A stretch of DNA of 64,000 nucleotides from Eledone cirrhosa (lineage: Eukaryota): assembly GCA_964016885.1 (NCBI GenBank), contig OZ024761.1, positions 10,974,001 to 11,038,000 of the forward strand, written 5' to 3'. Position 1 is the first letter of the stretch. Each line of letters opens with the position of its first letter. Below the pieces are notes generated by a model. The model searched no databases and had not been told where the DNA came from. It saw nothing but the letters and a program-made list of their open reading frames with translations. Made by a program: the position numbers and the translations under genes. Shown piece by piece: positions 15,031 to 27,900 of the stretch.

Positions 15031-16249
15031 TATATATATATATGTCTATTTTTTCATGTTTGTTCATGTTAGGTGATCATATGAAACAAGTCAGGTGAGG
15101 TGACCACATCTTGCTCACACAGATCTGTATTTTGGCTTTGTTGCTATGGCTGGATGCCTTTCTTAACTAATATATATATATACTGTGTTAGGGTTCTGCA
15201 TCTTCATCGTTTAACATCCATTTTCCACGCCAGCATCGGATTCAGCAGTATATATATATTAATAGTACAGATTATTACAATATATCACACACTATGTAAG
15301 GTGATGTATACATTCAGTAACAAATGGGTATGTGTGTATGTATATATATATATATACACACACACACACTATGTAAGGTGCTGTATATATTCAGTAACAA
15401 GTGTATATATATATATACATGCTAACACACTATGTAAGGTGCTGTATATATATTCAGTAACACATTTACATGTGTTTAGCAGAAAAACTTTATTGTAACT
15501 TTAAGTAACAATGAATACAGGTGGTAATGTAGGGGGTCACAGGGACAGAGCTGATAATGTAAGGGACACATGAATATAGTGGGTAATGTGAGGGGTTCAA
15601 AGGGGTCACAGGGATAGAGCTGGTAATGTAAGGGATTGAGATGAATCAGAGGGGTACAATTGGTGATGTGGAGCTCTTGGTATAGCAGGTAATGTAAGGG
15701 TTTTGGAGGGGTCCTAGTGGTGCAGCTAATGATGTAGGAGTAGATATTGCAAGGGGTTAGTATAGTACAGTGGGTGGTGTACATGTGTGTGTAAGGTGGC
15801 TACTGTTAAATAAGTACAGTGAGTGACATAAGGGGTTAGTGTGGTACAGTGGGTAATTTAAGGGGTTAGTGTTGTGCAGTGGGTGGTTCTGTGAATGATA
15901 GTTTATTAATGTAACAAGTCTTTAACAAAAGTTGTTGAATTGCAAAACAAAAACATTTCTACACACACATATATATATATGTGTGTGTGTGTGATGTGTT
16001 CCTTTGTCAATATAGGATGCTGTTTTGTTCATGGCATGTTGCTGTCATGGTTGACCTCTCATTTCGAAGTTCATCAGCTGCGAACAGAGATAGAATTTAA
16101 ATATTACCTATTGTATTGACTCTGATACTGCAATTTTCGTAACAATCTGTCCACTAGTAAAGAGACTATGAATATTTGAATTAACCACATGAAATTACAT
16201 TAGCACAGCCGTCCTAAAAACTATAAAACATCACTATGACTGCATCACA

Positions 16250-17207
16250 TCAACCATTTACATTACTCTATATATACTATTGTATTGTCACAGTAAAGGC
16301 TTTACCTCACATAATACCTCACATAACATTTACATTACTCTATATATACTATTGTATTGTCACAGTAAAGGCTTTACCTCACATAATATTTACATTACTC
16401 TATATATACTATTGTATTGTCACAGTAAAGGCTTTACCTCACATAATATTTACATTACTCTATATATACTATTGTATTGTCACAGTAAAGGCTTTACCTC
16501 ACATAATATCTCACATAACATTTACATTACTCTATATATACTATTATATTTTCACAGTAAAGGCTTTACCTCACATAATATTTACATTACTCTATATATA
16601 CTATTGTATTGTCACAGTAAAGGCTTTACCTCACATAATATCTCATAACATTTACATTACTCTATATATACTATTATATTTTCACAGTAAAGGCTTTACC
16701 TCACATAATATTTACATTACTCTATATATACTATTATATTTTCACAGTAAAGGCTTTACCTCACATAATATTTACATTACTCTATATATACTATTATATT
16801 TTCACAGTAAAGGCTTTACCTCACATAACATTTACATTACTCTATATATACTATTGTATTGTCACAGTAAAGGCTTTACCTCACATAATATCTCATAACA
16901 TTTACATTACTCTATATATACTATTGTATTTTCACAGTAAAGACTTTACCTCACATAACATTTACATTACTCTATATATACTATTGTATTGTCACAGTAA
17001 AGACTTTACCTCACATAATATCTCATAACATTTACATTACTCTATATATACTATTGTATTTTCACAGTAAAGGCTTTACCTCATAATATCGAATCTGAGA
17101 TTTTGATATTATTTATTGTGAGAACAATACCTTAACATCAGCATAAGTAGCCGGTTTGAACAGAAAGAGGTGAGAGAATTGTGGCCAGTTTAAATGCTAA
17201 AGTGCTA
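16250..17207 (+). repeat. About 60-bp minisatellite (approx. 13 units) grown from the 5' end of a TTAA-type MITE; the rest of the MITE follows at 17090-17207
   Basis: Unit TTTACATTACTCTATATATACTATTGTATTGTCACAGTAAAGGCTTTACCTCACATAATA matches the unamplified element at 52935-53156. Confidence 0.85.
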
Positions 17208-17227
17208 ATAACAGTTTGTTATTTTTT

Positions 17228-17426
17228 TCAGGTCGGTTTTCTAAGGGTTGCTATGCTATCTCTGTAACTGGTCGTCTTCCTCCAAGTGTTGTAAAGGATT
17301 TGAAAAGAAAGGGCATCGCCTACAGGCCGCGTGACACCAGCACAAGAGCTTGAAGAATCAGGGCTCAGACTATCTTCTTTCTTCACTTTCATCAACCACT
17401 GCTTCAAATCATCCAAACCCCTTTTC
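17228..17426 (-). CDS. SPATA22: Possible extra terminal exon of SPATA22, antisense to the Spt4 last exon
   Basis: T-rich tract then aag|G; phase matches the GG|gtaagt donor at 18276; 65 open codons to TGA; no homology support. Confidence 0.4.
17232..17353 (+). CDS. SUPT4H1: Transcription elongation factor Spt4, last coding exon
   Basis: tttttttcag|GT CGG ... encodes (S)RFSKGCYAISVTGRLPPSVVKDLKRKGIAYRPRDTSTRA*, matching Spt4 GVYAVSVTGRLP...GVAYKSRDT. Confidence 0.96.
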
Positions 17427-17440
17427 CTTTCATTGTAAAT

Positions 17441-17456
17441 AATAAATAAAAATAAA
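17441..17456 (+). promoter_or_regulatory. Polyadenylation signal cluster for Spt4
   Basis: Overlapping AATAAA hexamers about 90 nt after the stop, followed by a GT/T-rich tract. Confidence 0.6.
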
Positions 17457-17544
17457 AAAACTTTGTTGTTCTTTTAAAATTTTTGTTTTGTTGTGGAAGT
17501 AAAGTTTATGATGAGTGATGGGGAGCTCTGGTGGCACAGTGGTG

Positions 17545-18130
17545 ACATAGACAGTGTCTTTCATTAGAAATATGGTAATGACAGAGACAGTGTCTTTCAT
17601 TAGAAATATGGTAATGAAAGGGTTAAAGACATAGGCAGTCTCTTTCATTAGAAATATGGTAATGAAAGGGTTAATGACATAGGCAGTCTCTTTCATTAGA
17701 AATATGGTAATGAAAGAGTTAATGACATAGACAGTGTCTTTCATTAGAAATATGGTAATGAAAGGGTTAATGACATAGGCAGTCTCTTTCATTAGAAATA
17801 TGGTAATGAAAGGGTTAATGACATAGGCAGTCTCTTTCATTAGAAATATGGTAATGAAAGGGTTAATGACATAGGCAGTCTCTTTCATTAGAAATATGGT
17901 AATGAAAGGGTTAATGACATAGGCAGTCTCTTTCATTAGAAATATGGTAATGAAAGGGTTAAAGACATAGGCAGTCTCTTTCATTAGAAATATGGTAATG
18001 AAAGGGTTAATGACATAGGCAGTCTCTTTCATTAGAAATATGGTAATGAAAGGGTTAATGAAATAAGCAGTGTCTTTCATTAGAAATATGGTAATGAAAG
18101 GGTTAATGAAATAAGCAGTGTCTTTCAATA
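17545..18130 (-). repeat. 48-bp minisatellite (ATTAACCCTTTCATTACCATATTTCTAATGAAAGACACTGTCTATGTC), about 12 units
   Basis: Tandem units; the same unit occurs at 21805-22140 and 47189-47430. Confidence 0.92.
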
Positions 18131-18271
18131 TAAATGTATGCAAAATGGAGGTGTGACTTATCTATTAGACCTACACAACTTTAATTCAAAATACATGATA
18201 CATTGTAAATGTTATATGTAAAATGTGTGATTTATACACAAGTATACATCGTATTTAAATAAATACACCAC

Positions 18272-18419
18272 TTACCCACTGTTGTCATTGTCTAAACTAT
18301 CTAAATAGCTCTGTTGCAAAGAAGACATAATTCTTGGCAAATTCCTCTCCTCCACTGTTGCTGGTCGAATGCTGACACAGTGGAGCCTTCGGGTTTTATT
18401 GTCAACCATTACAATACAC
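18272..18419 (-). CDS. SPATA22: SPATA22 exon encoding the end of the OB fold (stop TAA at 18272-18274 if unspliced, donor after 18276 if spliced)
   Basis: ctacag|G TGT ... encodes CIVMVDNKTRRLHCVSIRPATVEERNLPRIMSSLQQSYLDSLDNDNSG, compare SPATA22 CVGNYDQKKNIFQCVSVRPASVSEQK. Confidence 0.9.
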
Positions 18420-18557
18420 CTGTAGAAGTAGAAAATGGTAAGATTAAGGAAAGACTTTAACCATATATATGTGTCTGTGACAGCTCACACCTCTGCAGGT
18501 TTAGCTGGCCTCCTCCAAGGTATATCTCGTTGGAGGTGTCTTGGGTGATTTAATGAC

Positions 18558-18720
18558 AGGAACCCCAGTCCTATCATCTCATTTCTACAGCTGAGTAAAC
18601 TGGAGCAATGTGAAATAAAGTGTCTTGCTCAAGGAAACAACACATCACCCGGTCCGAGAATTGAACTCAGAACCTTTCGATTGCAAGCCCAATGCTCTAA
18701 CCACTAAGCCGTGCACTTTC
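18558..18720 (-). mobile_element. SINE family 1, 5' half
   Basis: Matches the head and core of 13954-14110. Confidence 0.8.
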
Positions 18721-18976
18721 ACTATATATATCGACAGTTGATTGACTTTTGTCGGACCAAGGAGACAATGTTATCATTAGTCTTTTCAATTGCTAATACT
18801 ATCTATTGGTTGCAACTCCAGGTAGGCGGAGCAACATGAAGTAAAGTGTCTTGCTCAAGGACATAACGCATCGCCCGGTCCAGGAATCGAACTCACAACC
18901 TCACGGGGTTGCGAATCCAATTCTCTAACCACTCACTGTGTATGTATGTATGTGTATGTATATATATATATATATA

Positions 18977-19793
18977 CAAGGTGCAGATGATATTTGTTCG
19001 CAAGATTACTGTCTAGGAAAAAGTAAGACAGTAGTTTTATTTTTAAAGATTTATTTATCAAACTTGGGTCAGTTTGTCTTCATGACCTGTTCTTTCGATC
19101 TCACTCGATATTGGTTTTGATGACGGCTTCGGAACCGGCTACAGGCCTCCGACTTAGGCCCTAAAGGTACTTGTGATCCTGATCATCTTTCGTATTGCAG
19201 CTAGATCTGTTGGTGTCTCGTTCCACTGCGCCCCACACAAAGAAGTCGAGGGGGTTGCAGTCAGGCGAACTGGGAAGCCAGATGTCAGGTGAAGTGTGGT
19301 CAACGAAGTTCTCTGACAGCCAGGCTTGGGTCTTTCGGCTGGTATGGCAGGGCGCTGAGTCTTGCTGCCACACGTACGGCCTACCTGGTCGATCCAGGGC
19401 TTTACTACCTCGCTCAGAATGGGGATGTAGCCATCGGTGTTCAGCTTGAGGCCCTCAGGGAAGAAGTGAGGTGGCATAACGACACCTAAGACTAATGTTG
19501 TCGTTGGAAACTTTGTCTGCATGACTCTGGGCACGTCTTTGGATGAGACAACGAGCCACCTGTTGTTCTGGGAGTTGATCTTCTGGTCTTATTTGTCTTC
19601 CCGGCGCGGATTCCAAGAACTCCGTGTCTCTTCCACAAATTTGGAGGTTCAAAATTATTCATAATCAATTATTCTGAAAATAAATAATGGAAATATAGTC
19701 ACTGTTTTTATGAAGACGAGTGACAACGGAAGTAAAAAATATTTGCATAAAATTAGCAGTTGAAAATTGCGAACAAATATCGTCCGCACCCTG
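18977..19793 (-). mobile_element. Internally deleted Tc1/mariner (maT-like) DNA transposon with a broken transposase
   Basis: TIRs CAGGGTGCGGACGATATTTGTTCGCAA flanked by TA; translation QQDSAPCHTSRKTQAWL...WLPSSPDCNPLDFFVWGAVE; frameshifted. Confidence 0.9.
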
Positions 19794-19810
19794 TATATAT
19801 ATAAAGGAGG

Positions 19811-19850
<40 letters not shown>

Positions 19851-19857
19851 CACATAT

Positions 19858-20126
19858 GGAGGCACATGGCTTAGTGGTTAGAACATTGGCCTTCCAATCG
19901 AAAGGTTGTGAGTTCAATTCTCAGACCAGGTGATGTGTTGTTTCCTTGGGGTCCCTAGCATTCCACTGCAAAGTGATCGTGGAGGTGCCACGGCAAAGAA
20001 GCACCCAGCACTCACTGTAAATGAGGTTGGTGTTAGGAAGGGCATCCAGCTGTAGAAATCAAGCCAGAATCAGTTCCCGTCCCACCCTTGCAAGCAGGGA
20101 AAAGCGGACGTAAAATGATGATGATG
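19858..20126 (+). mobile_element. SINE family 1 copy with internal deletion
   Basis: Head and tail match 13954-14298; part of the core is missing. Confidence 0.85.
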
Positions 20127-21344
20127 AAAACAACATTTAATTGATTTATGACTGTTTCATTAGATTAACTGTATGTTTGTGTATATGTATGTATACATAT
20201 GTGCGTCAATGTCTATATATACACATATATATATATATATATGTGTCCATAACAACATATTTAGGAAGATGTCATATAAAAAGATACTGTTGTTGTGTGA
20301 GAGAAAGAAAATAAAAGCTTTATATATATATATATAGATATATGTATAAGCCATGCAAGCATGGAAAAATGGACGTTAAGCGGTGATGATTATATATATG
20401 TGTTTGTGTATGTGTGACTTTTGTATAAGAATTGATTGAGATTTAATGAGATAGGTTCCTGGTAAAGATAATGGTAGAATTAACAGAGCTTTTGTTTTTC
20501 ACCTGTTTTCTATGTAATCTATATTCTATTATAACAAGGAAGGTTGATATTTACTGTTTTAGACAGAGATTGTGATAAATGACAGCCAAGATTTATAGTA
20601 ATATTATTTTTGGAAAGCTAGTCCAACAAAGAAAAGAAGCCGATTATCAGATCAGACAAAGAAATCTACGTTTCCATTGGTCTCTCTGTTGTTGATACTA
20701 TCTGACAATCACAACACCTAGTAGAAGAAAGGAGCTGATCATCAGATCAGACCATGGAAACAAGGTTTCCATTGGTCTTTCCATTGTTGATACTATCTGA
20801 CAGTCACAACTCCTGGTAGAAGAAAGGAGCTGATCATTAGGTCAGACCATGGAAACAATGTTTAAATATATCTAAAAAATAAAATTAAAATATATTTAAA
20901 ACAAAATAAAAAAGGTATTTAAAAATAAATAAGAAGTATTTTTCAAAAATCAAAATAAATACATATAATTATATTTTTTAAATATATTTATATAAAAGAA
21001 ATTCAATATAAAATATATTTCTAAAATATCTTTAAAAAAATCAATATGAAATATATTTTAAAATATATCAAAAATAAATTTAAAAGATGAAAAAATATAT
21101 ACGAAGATAGACATTAAATGATGATGATGATGAAAAAATAATACATAGACTAAATGAAATAAATAGAAAGAGAGTAATAAAGAAAGAAAGAAGGAGGAAA
21201 AAGAAAATGCAGATAAATTGACAACAGTGAGGAATTTAAAAAATGTTAATGTGAAAAAAAGTTGTGGAATGGAATTTATTAGATTTGACAGTTCAAAGTT
21301 CAAATTCCAGACAGGGTCAAATAATACATTGTACTCTCTATGGG

Positions 21345-21505
21345 ACACCCCTCTCACCCACACAGGAGTCACCCTTCTCACCAACACAGAGGACAGCCTT
21401 CCCACCCACACAGAGGACAACCTTCCCACCCACACAGAGGACAGCCTTCCCACCCACACAGGGGACACCCCTCTCACCGACACAGCAGACACCCTTCCCA
21501 CCTAC
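21345..21505. repeat. 24-bp C-rich minisatellite
   Basis: CCCACCCACACAGAGGACAGCCTT variants. Confidence 0.85.
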
Positions 21506-21804
21506 TGAGTCACTGACAAGACACAGGTTGATCCAAGGTCATAGGAAATGACGCTTGTGTGGGACTGATCCCAGGATCAAGTGTATCTAAAGAGAACTTC
21601 TTAACCACTCAGCCATCCACTGAGTCTGGAAGTGAGACAGGAATGTGTGGAATTCCAAAAATGTTCTACAATTCTTAAGATCTGGTAAATCTTACATTTG
21701 GGATTTGACCCAAGCTGTGTCAACCTAGAATTTCTACACATGAAATTATTAAACATTCAAAATATACCAAACATTAAATCATTAACAGTGAATACTGTGC
21801 AACA

Positions 21805-22140
21805 TATTAACCCCCTCATTACCATATTTCTAATGAAAGACACTGTCTATGTCATTAACCCTTTCATTACCATATTTCTAATGAAAGACACTGTCTATGT
21901 CATTAACCCTTTCATTACCATATTTCTAATGAAAGACACTGTCTATGTCATTAACCCTTTCATTACCATATTTCTAATGAAAGACACTGTCTATGTCATT
22001 AACCCTTTCATTACCATATTTCTAATGAAAGACACTGTCTATGTCATTAACCCTTTCATTACCATATTTCTAATGAAAGACACTGTCTATGTCATTAACC
22101 CTTTCATTACCATATTTCTAATGAAAGACACTGTCTATGG
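21805..22140 (+). repeat. 48-bp minisatellite, 7 units
   Basis: Same unit as 17545-18130, opposite orientation. Confidence 0.92.
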
Positions 22141-22617
22141 TTTCCAAATCATTTTGAAAATAATTAAGAATTTAGAGCGATTTAGTAATATAACTAACTG
22201 TCCCATTACTTATTCTAGTACTTGGAACATAACTTTTTTGCTACAGAAAACTATGATGGAAAGTTTGTAAATAAGTATAAACTCTTTAAAACAGTCTTGT
22301 ATTGTAAAACCAGGGGCAGTTTCAGATAGTTTGGTATCAAAATTGATGTTTATGTGTGTGTGAGAGACAGAGAGAGAGAAACCGTGAGCAAGAATATAAA
22401 GAACAATCTGTCATTGACAGCTATATTCATGTAAACGTAGGTGTAAGTGAATAAGACAGACACTTGAAGATGGCCTGAGGGTAAAACGAATAGAACTTTG
22501 TGACTAACAACCAAGATGAAAACACTAGTCTGATTAGATCAGTACATAATATCATTATGTAACTATAACAGCTAAACCCATAACTAAACTATGGTCACCA
22601 TTTGCAATGGAGTATCA

Positions 22618-24150
22618 CAAGGTCCAGGTTTCTAACCCTACATTTGTCCCTGTAAATAGTTATTTCTCCAAAGTTACTCAAGGTCCTGATTTCTAACCCT
22701 ACATTTGTCCCTGTAAATAGTTATTTCTCTAAAGTTACTCAAGGTCCAGGTTTCTAACCCTACATTTGTCCCTGTAAATAGTTATTTCTCCAAAGTTACT
22801 CAAGGTCCAGGTTTCTAACCCTACATTTGTCCCTGTAAATAGTTATTTCTCCAAAGTTACTCAAGGTCCAGGTTTTTAACCCTACATTTGTCCCTGTAAA
22901 TAGTTATTTCTCCAAAGTTACACAAGGTCCTGGTTTCTAACCCTACATTTGACCCTGTAAATAGTTATTTCTCCAAAGTTACACAAGGTGCTGATTTCTA
23001 ACCCTACATTTGTCCCTGTAAATAGTTATTTCTCCAAAGTTACTCAAGGTCAAGAGTTCTAACCCTACATGTCCCTGTAAATAGTTATTTCACCAAAGTT
23101 ACTCAAGGTCCAGGTTTCTAACCCTACATTTGACCCTGTAAATAGTTATTTCTCCAAAGTTACTCAAGGTCCTGGTTTCTAACCCTACATTTGTCCCTGT
23201 AAATAGTTATTTCTCCAAAGTTACTCAAGGTCCTGGTTTCTAACCCTACATTTGTCCCTGTAAATAGTTATTTCTCCAAAGTTACTCAAGGTCCAGGTTT
23301 CTAACCCTACATTTGACCCTGTAAATAGTTATTTCTCCAAAGTTACTCAAGGTCCTGGTTTCTAACCCTACATTTGTCCCTGTAAATAGTTATTTCTCCA
23401 AAGTTACTCAAGGTCCTGGTTTCTAACCCTACATTTGACCCTGTAAATAGTTATTTCTCCAAAGTTACTCAAGGTCCAGGTTTCTAACCCTACATTTGTC
23501 CCTGTAAATAGTTATTTCTCCAAAGTTACTCAAGGTCCAGGTTTCTAACCCTACATTTGTCCCTGTAAATAGTTATTTCTCCAAAGTTACTCAAGGTCCA
23601 GGTTTTTAACCCTACATTTGTCCCTGTAAATAGTTATTTCTCCAAAGTTACTCAAGGTCAAGAGTTCTAACCCTACATTTGTCCCTGTAAATAGTTATTT
23701 CTCCAAAGTTACACAAGGTCCTGATTTCTAACCCTACATTTGTCCCTGTAAATAGTTATTTCTCCAAAGTTACTCAAGGTCCAGGTTTCTAACCCTACAT
23801 TTGTCCCTGTAAATAGTTATTTCTCCAAAGTTACTCAAGGTCCAGGGTTCTAACCCTACATTTGTCCCTGTAAATAGTTATTTCTCCAAAGTTACTCAAG
23901 GTCAAGAGTTCTAACCCTACATTTGTCCCTGTAAATAGTTATTTCTCCAAAGTTACTCAAGGTCAAGAGTTCTAACCCTACATTTGTCCCTGTAAATAGT
24001 TATTTCTCCAAAGTTACTCAAGGTCCAGGTTTCTAACCCTACATTTGTCCCTGTAAATAGTTATTTCTCCAAAGTTACTCAAGGTCCTGGTTTCTAACCC
24101 TACATTTGTCCCTGTAAATAGTTATTTCTCCAAAGTTACCCCTACATTTA
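22618..24150. repeat. 61-bp minisatellite, about 25 units
   Basis: CAAGGTCCAGGTTTCTAACCCTACATTTGTCCCTGTAAATAGTTATTTCTCCAAAGTTACT. Confidence 0.95.
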
Positions 24151-24584
24151 AACCTGTCATGTCTACATACATGCTGAACATTTATGTAATTGTATCCTAG
24201 AAATATATTATTAAAATATCATTTTTATCTCTGATCACTTCCATGTGTCAGTAACCAACATAAACTATAGGGTTTCTCTTATGTAAACCTGCTATATATG
24301 CCCTACCATGTGTTAGTAATAAACAAAAACTATAGGGTTTCTCTTAAGTAAACGATAAATTCATCAACAAATATCCCAGTTCATATATCCAGTAATCCTG
24401 GTATATAAAACATACTAATCTTTGACTACAACATCCAATGCTGTTGTTGCCGTTGTCGACAGCACTGGGTTACTGAAGTATAACTTAGTAGGCAAAATAG
24501 TTATTAAATGTTACAGCTGCTGCTGATGATTAGACACAACACATCATAGTGTCACTGTAGGATTCACAGGCACTCTCGCAGCAG

Positions 24585-25022
24585 GTTACTGCTGCTCCTG
24601 CTACTACTACTGCTACTACTGCTGCTGCTACTGATGCTATTACTGCTGCTGCTGCTACTACTACTACTGCTGCTGCTACTACTGCTGCTGCTACTGATGC
24701 TACTACTGCTGCTATTACTACTACCACTACTACTACTACTACTACCACTACTGTTATCACTGCTGCTGCTGCTGCTACTACTACTACTACTACTACCACT
24801 ACTGCTGCTGCTACTACTACCACTGCTACCACTACTGCTGATACTAATACTACCACTACTACTACTACTACTGCTACCACCACTGCTGCAACTAATACTA
24901 CCACTACTACTACTACCACTGATACTACTACTACTACCACCACTACTACTACTACTACTGTTATCACTACTGCTGCTACTAATACTACCACTACTAATAC
25001 TACTACTACTACTGCTACCATA
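24585..25022. repeat. (CTA/CTG/CCA)n trinucleotide tract
   Basis: Directly visible. Confidence 0.92.
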
Positions 25023-25253
25023 CTTAGATTGCAAGTCAGGTATAATGTTTCACTTAAACTGAACTTCTCTTCACAGTGAAGTGGACAGATTGAAGTATGA
25101 AGACATACACAGAACCAACTAGTACAGGGAAGAGGCATGTCATTATATATATACTAGTATATTACCTGTCGTCATTTTAGATAGAAATGAGGTGGTAAAA
25201 TATTCAGTTTCTTTAACAAGCAACAAGTACTATAAAAGGCATGTCATCTCCAG

Positions 25254-25560
25254 TATCATCATCATCATCATCAACGTTTAACGTCCGTGTTCCACGCTTG
25301 ACTGGGTTTTGACGGGGGTTTTCCCACTTGAGGCAAGAGTGATTGTCTTGCTCGCATAGGACTGTCTGGCGTATATATATATTTAGGAAGGGCATCCAGC
25401 CGTAGAATTGGTGTTAGGAAGGGCGTCCAACCGTAGAAAACCTGCCAGATAGTCCTATACGAGTGAGACAAGGTCACCCGACCAATCTTGCTTCAAGTGG
25501 GACAATTCCCATCTAACCCATGCTAGCATGGAAGATAGACGTTAAACAATGATGATGATA
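25254..25560. mobile_element. Two divergently oriented RTE-type 3' tails
   Basis: (CAT)n-tailed minus copy 25254-25372 and plus copy 25383-25560 with GGTGTTAGGAAGGGC and (GAT)n. Confidence 0.7.
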
Positions 25561-26054
25561 TATACTAGTATATTACCCATCGTCATTTTAGATAGAAATG
25601 AGGTGAAATATTCAGGTTCTTTACCAACCAACAAATACTACAAGAGGCATGTCATCTCCATTATATATACTAGTATATTACCTGTCATCATTTTAGATAG
25701 AAATGAGGTGGAATTTTCAGTTTCTTTACCAAATATTAATTACCAGCTGAGGTCAACTTTGCCTTTCATCCTTACGGGGTCAATAAAATAAAGTACCAGT
25801 AATGTACTGGGGTAATTGCTGGCCTTGTGCCAAAAGTAGAAACAATTAATTACTAAAAATTACGTTTGTGGGATAATGAAATGTAAGTGAAAATATAGAC
25901 ACAGGCACAACAACAGCAACAACAATAACAACAACAGCAGCAACAATCACAATAACAACAACAATAACAACAACAGTTAGGTGTGAATTGTAAGTGTAAA
26001 CACAATAGGTACACAGACATAACAGTAGTAGCAGCAACAACAACAACAAGAGCT

Positions 26055-26325
26055 GCAATTACCCAGTACATTACTGGTACTTTATTTTATCGACCCCGTA
26101 AGGATGAAAGGCAAAGTTAACCTCGGCGGGATTTGAACTCAGACTGTAAAGGGACGTAACTCTATGCTAGAAAGCATGGCGTCTGATCCTCTACCAATAC
26201 TGCCAATCCACCAATTCAATATAATTGTTTCTATTTTAGGCACAAGGCCAGCAATTACCCAGTACATTACTGGTACTTTATTTTATCGACCCTGTAAGGA
26301 TGAAAGGCAAAGTTAACCTCGGCGT
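26055..26325 (-). mobile_element. SINE family 2 copies (tRNA head, Meta/MESC-like centre)
   Basis: GCCTTTCATCCTTACGGGGTCGATAAAATAAAGTACCAG on minus; one near-complete and one partial copy. Confidence 0.8.
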
Positions 26326-27142
26326 GTGAGACAATTATGTAAGGTAAAGTCTTTACCGTGAAAATATATGATTATAGAAGTCAGAATAGGTGAAGCTGGT
26401 TATGGACGTTTATTTAGGGGTCCAAATCCCACCAAGGGCCAAAGCCTTGTCTTATAGAATCAAGCATGATTTTATGGGGTTTGTTATGAAAATGGCAAAC
26501 ACTGTTGAAGGTTTTACTGTTTAACATCCAACTGTTGATGGTGTTGTTGCTGTTGTTGTTGTTATCCTGTACACGTCAGTGATACGGCTGGGTGGTTTTC
26601 TGTTGCAGTAATAGTCCTCCAGAAGAAACTCTTGCATTTGGTGACCACTGAACCGTGAAGGGCTGGGGGGGGAGGGGTGGGGGGGGGGGGGGGCACAAAC
26701 ATGTTTTGTCAGGTAGAAATGCTTAGCAAGTTTAGACATATCCCAATCATCATCAGCACATCACCACCACCAGCACCATCATCATCATCACCACATCATC
26801 ATCATCACATCATCGACACCACCACCACCACCACCACCATCATCAACACCACCACCACCACCATCACCCCCACCATCAACACCACCACCACCACCACCAA
26901 CACCACCCCCATCATCAACACCACATCATCACCGTCACCACCACCATCCTCATCATCACTTAATGTCCACCTTCCCAGCTAGTAAGGTTTAGACAGTCCT
27001 TCACAGAGCAGAGTCTGTACTGAAGCAGGGCTACTGACCTCTCCGACAGGCTGGGGGTTCACATCTAACTTATATATATATAGGAGAGAACTTCATGATG
27101 TGTGGTGAGTAAGACAACAGCTCAAGTTGGTCAAACACTTAC

Positions 27143-27183
27143 CTCAGCCAATGACCTCGGATCAATCGAGGTAATGTCCTGTC
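27143..27183 (-). CDS. SPATA22: SPATA22 41-nt exon
   Basis: atccag|GAC AGG ACA TTA CCT CGA TTG ATC CGA GGT CAT TGG CTG AG|gtaagt = DRTLPRLIRGHWL(R), compare SPATA22 DRELPRLIRGRVHR; phases fit both neighbours. Confidence 0.95.
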
Positions 27184-27293
27184 CTGGATATTTAAAATAG
27201 ACGAAAGAGAATGGCAGAAAATATGGATAAATAAGAGTTTGATAATGCAAGCAGACTAGAAGACATCCATAAGACATGACAGTGGAATAATTC

Positions 27294-27360
<67 letters not shown>

Positions 27361-27432
27361 TATATATATATATATATATAGAGATATAGATAGATAAATA
27401 TACACGGGTGTGTATGATTGTGTATAGAAGAT

Positions 27433-27598
27433 TATATTAATAAGAGGAATTCCAACTTTGTCTGATTTACTCGTTTTATTTACAATCCTTTAAAATATAT
27501 ATAATATGGTATTATAATATATTATTAATATATTATATATATTTTAAAGGATTGTAAATAAAACGAGTAAATCAGACAAAGTTGGAATTCCTCTTATT

Positions 27599-27603
<5 letters not shown>
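27433..27603. repeat. Long palindrome (about 70-bp arms) with an AT-rich centre
   Basis: TTAATAAGAGGAATTCCAACTTTGTCTG... is the reverse complement of ...CAGACAAAGTTGGAATTCCTCTTATTAA. Confidence 0.9.
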
Positions 27604-27629
<26 letters not shown>

Positions 27630-27863
27630 CAGGAAAGAAGATTGACATGGTTTGCAATACAAAAAAGGTTTTTAAACTCATTGCTGACAATTGTTTCATT
27701 ACTCCAAGTGTTTACAACATAGGAATTACAGCATACTCGCAACATCACTATGAATACGCCTTGTTGAGTCAAACCAAGCCTAGCGTTGATATCATCCACT
27801 ACCCGGAATACCATAACTGGACTACACCTAAGGGGACTGGATATAACTATTATTTGTTACCCC

Positions 27864-27894
<31 letters not shown>

Positions 27895-27900
<6 letters not shown>

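Noticed and set aside
16050-16085. CTGATGA-acttc-GAAA on the minus strand
   Set aside because: No stem II and no stem I pairing, so not called as a hammerhead
25077-25122. Plus-strand mini-exon (EVDRLKYEDIHRTN*) after a good acceptor
   Set aside because: Lies beyond the Spt4 stop and poly(A) signal; no partner exons found
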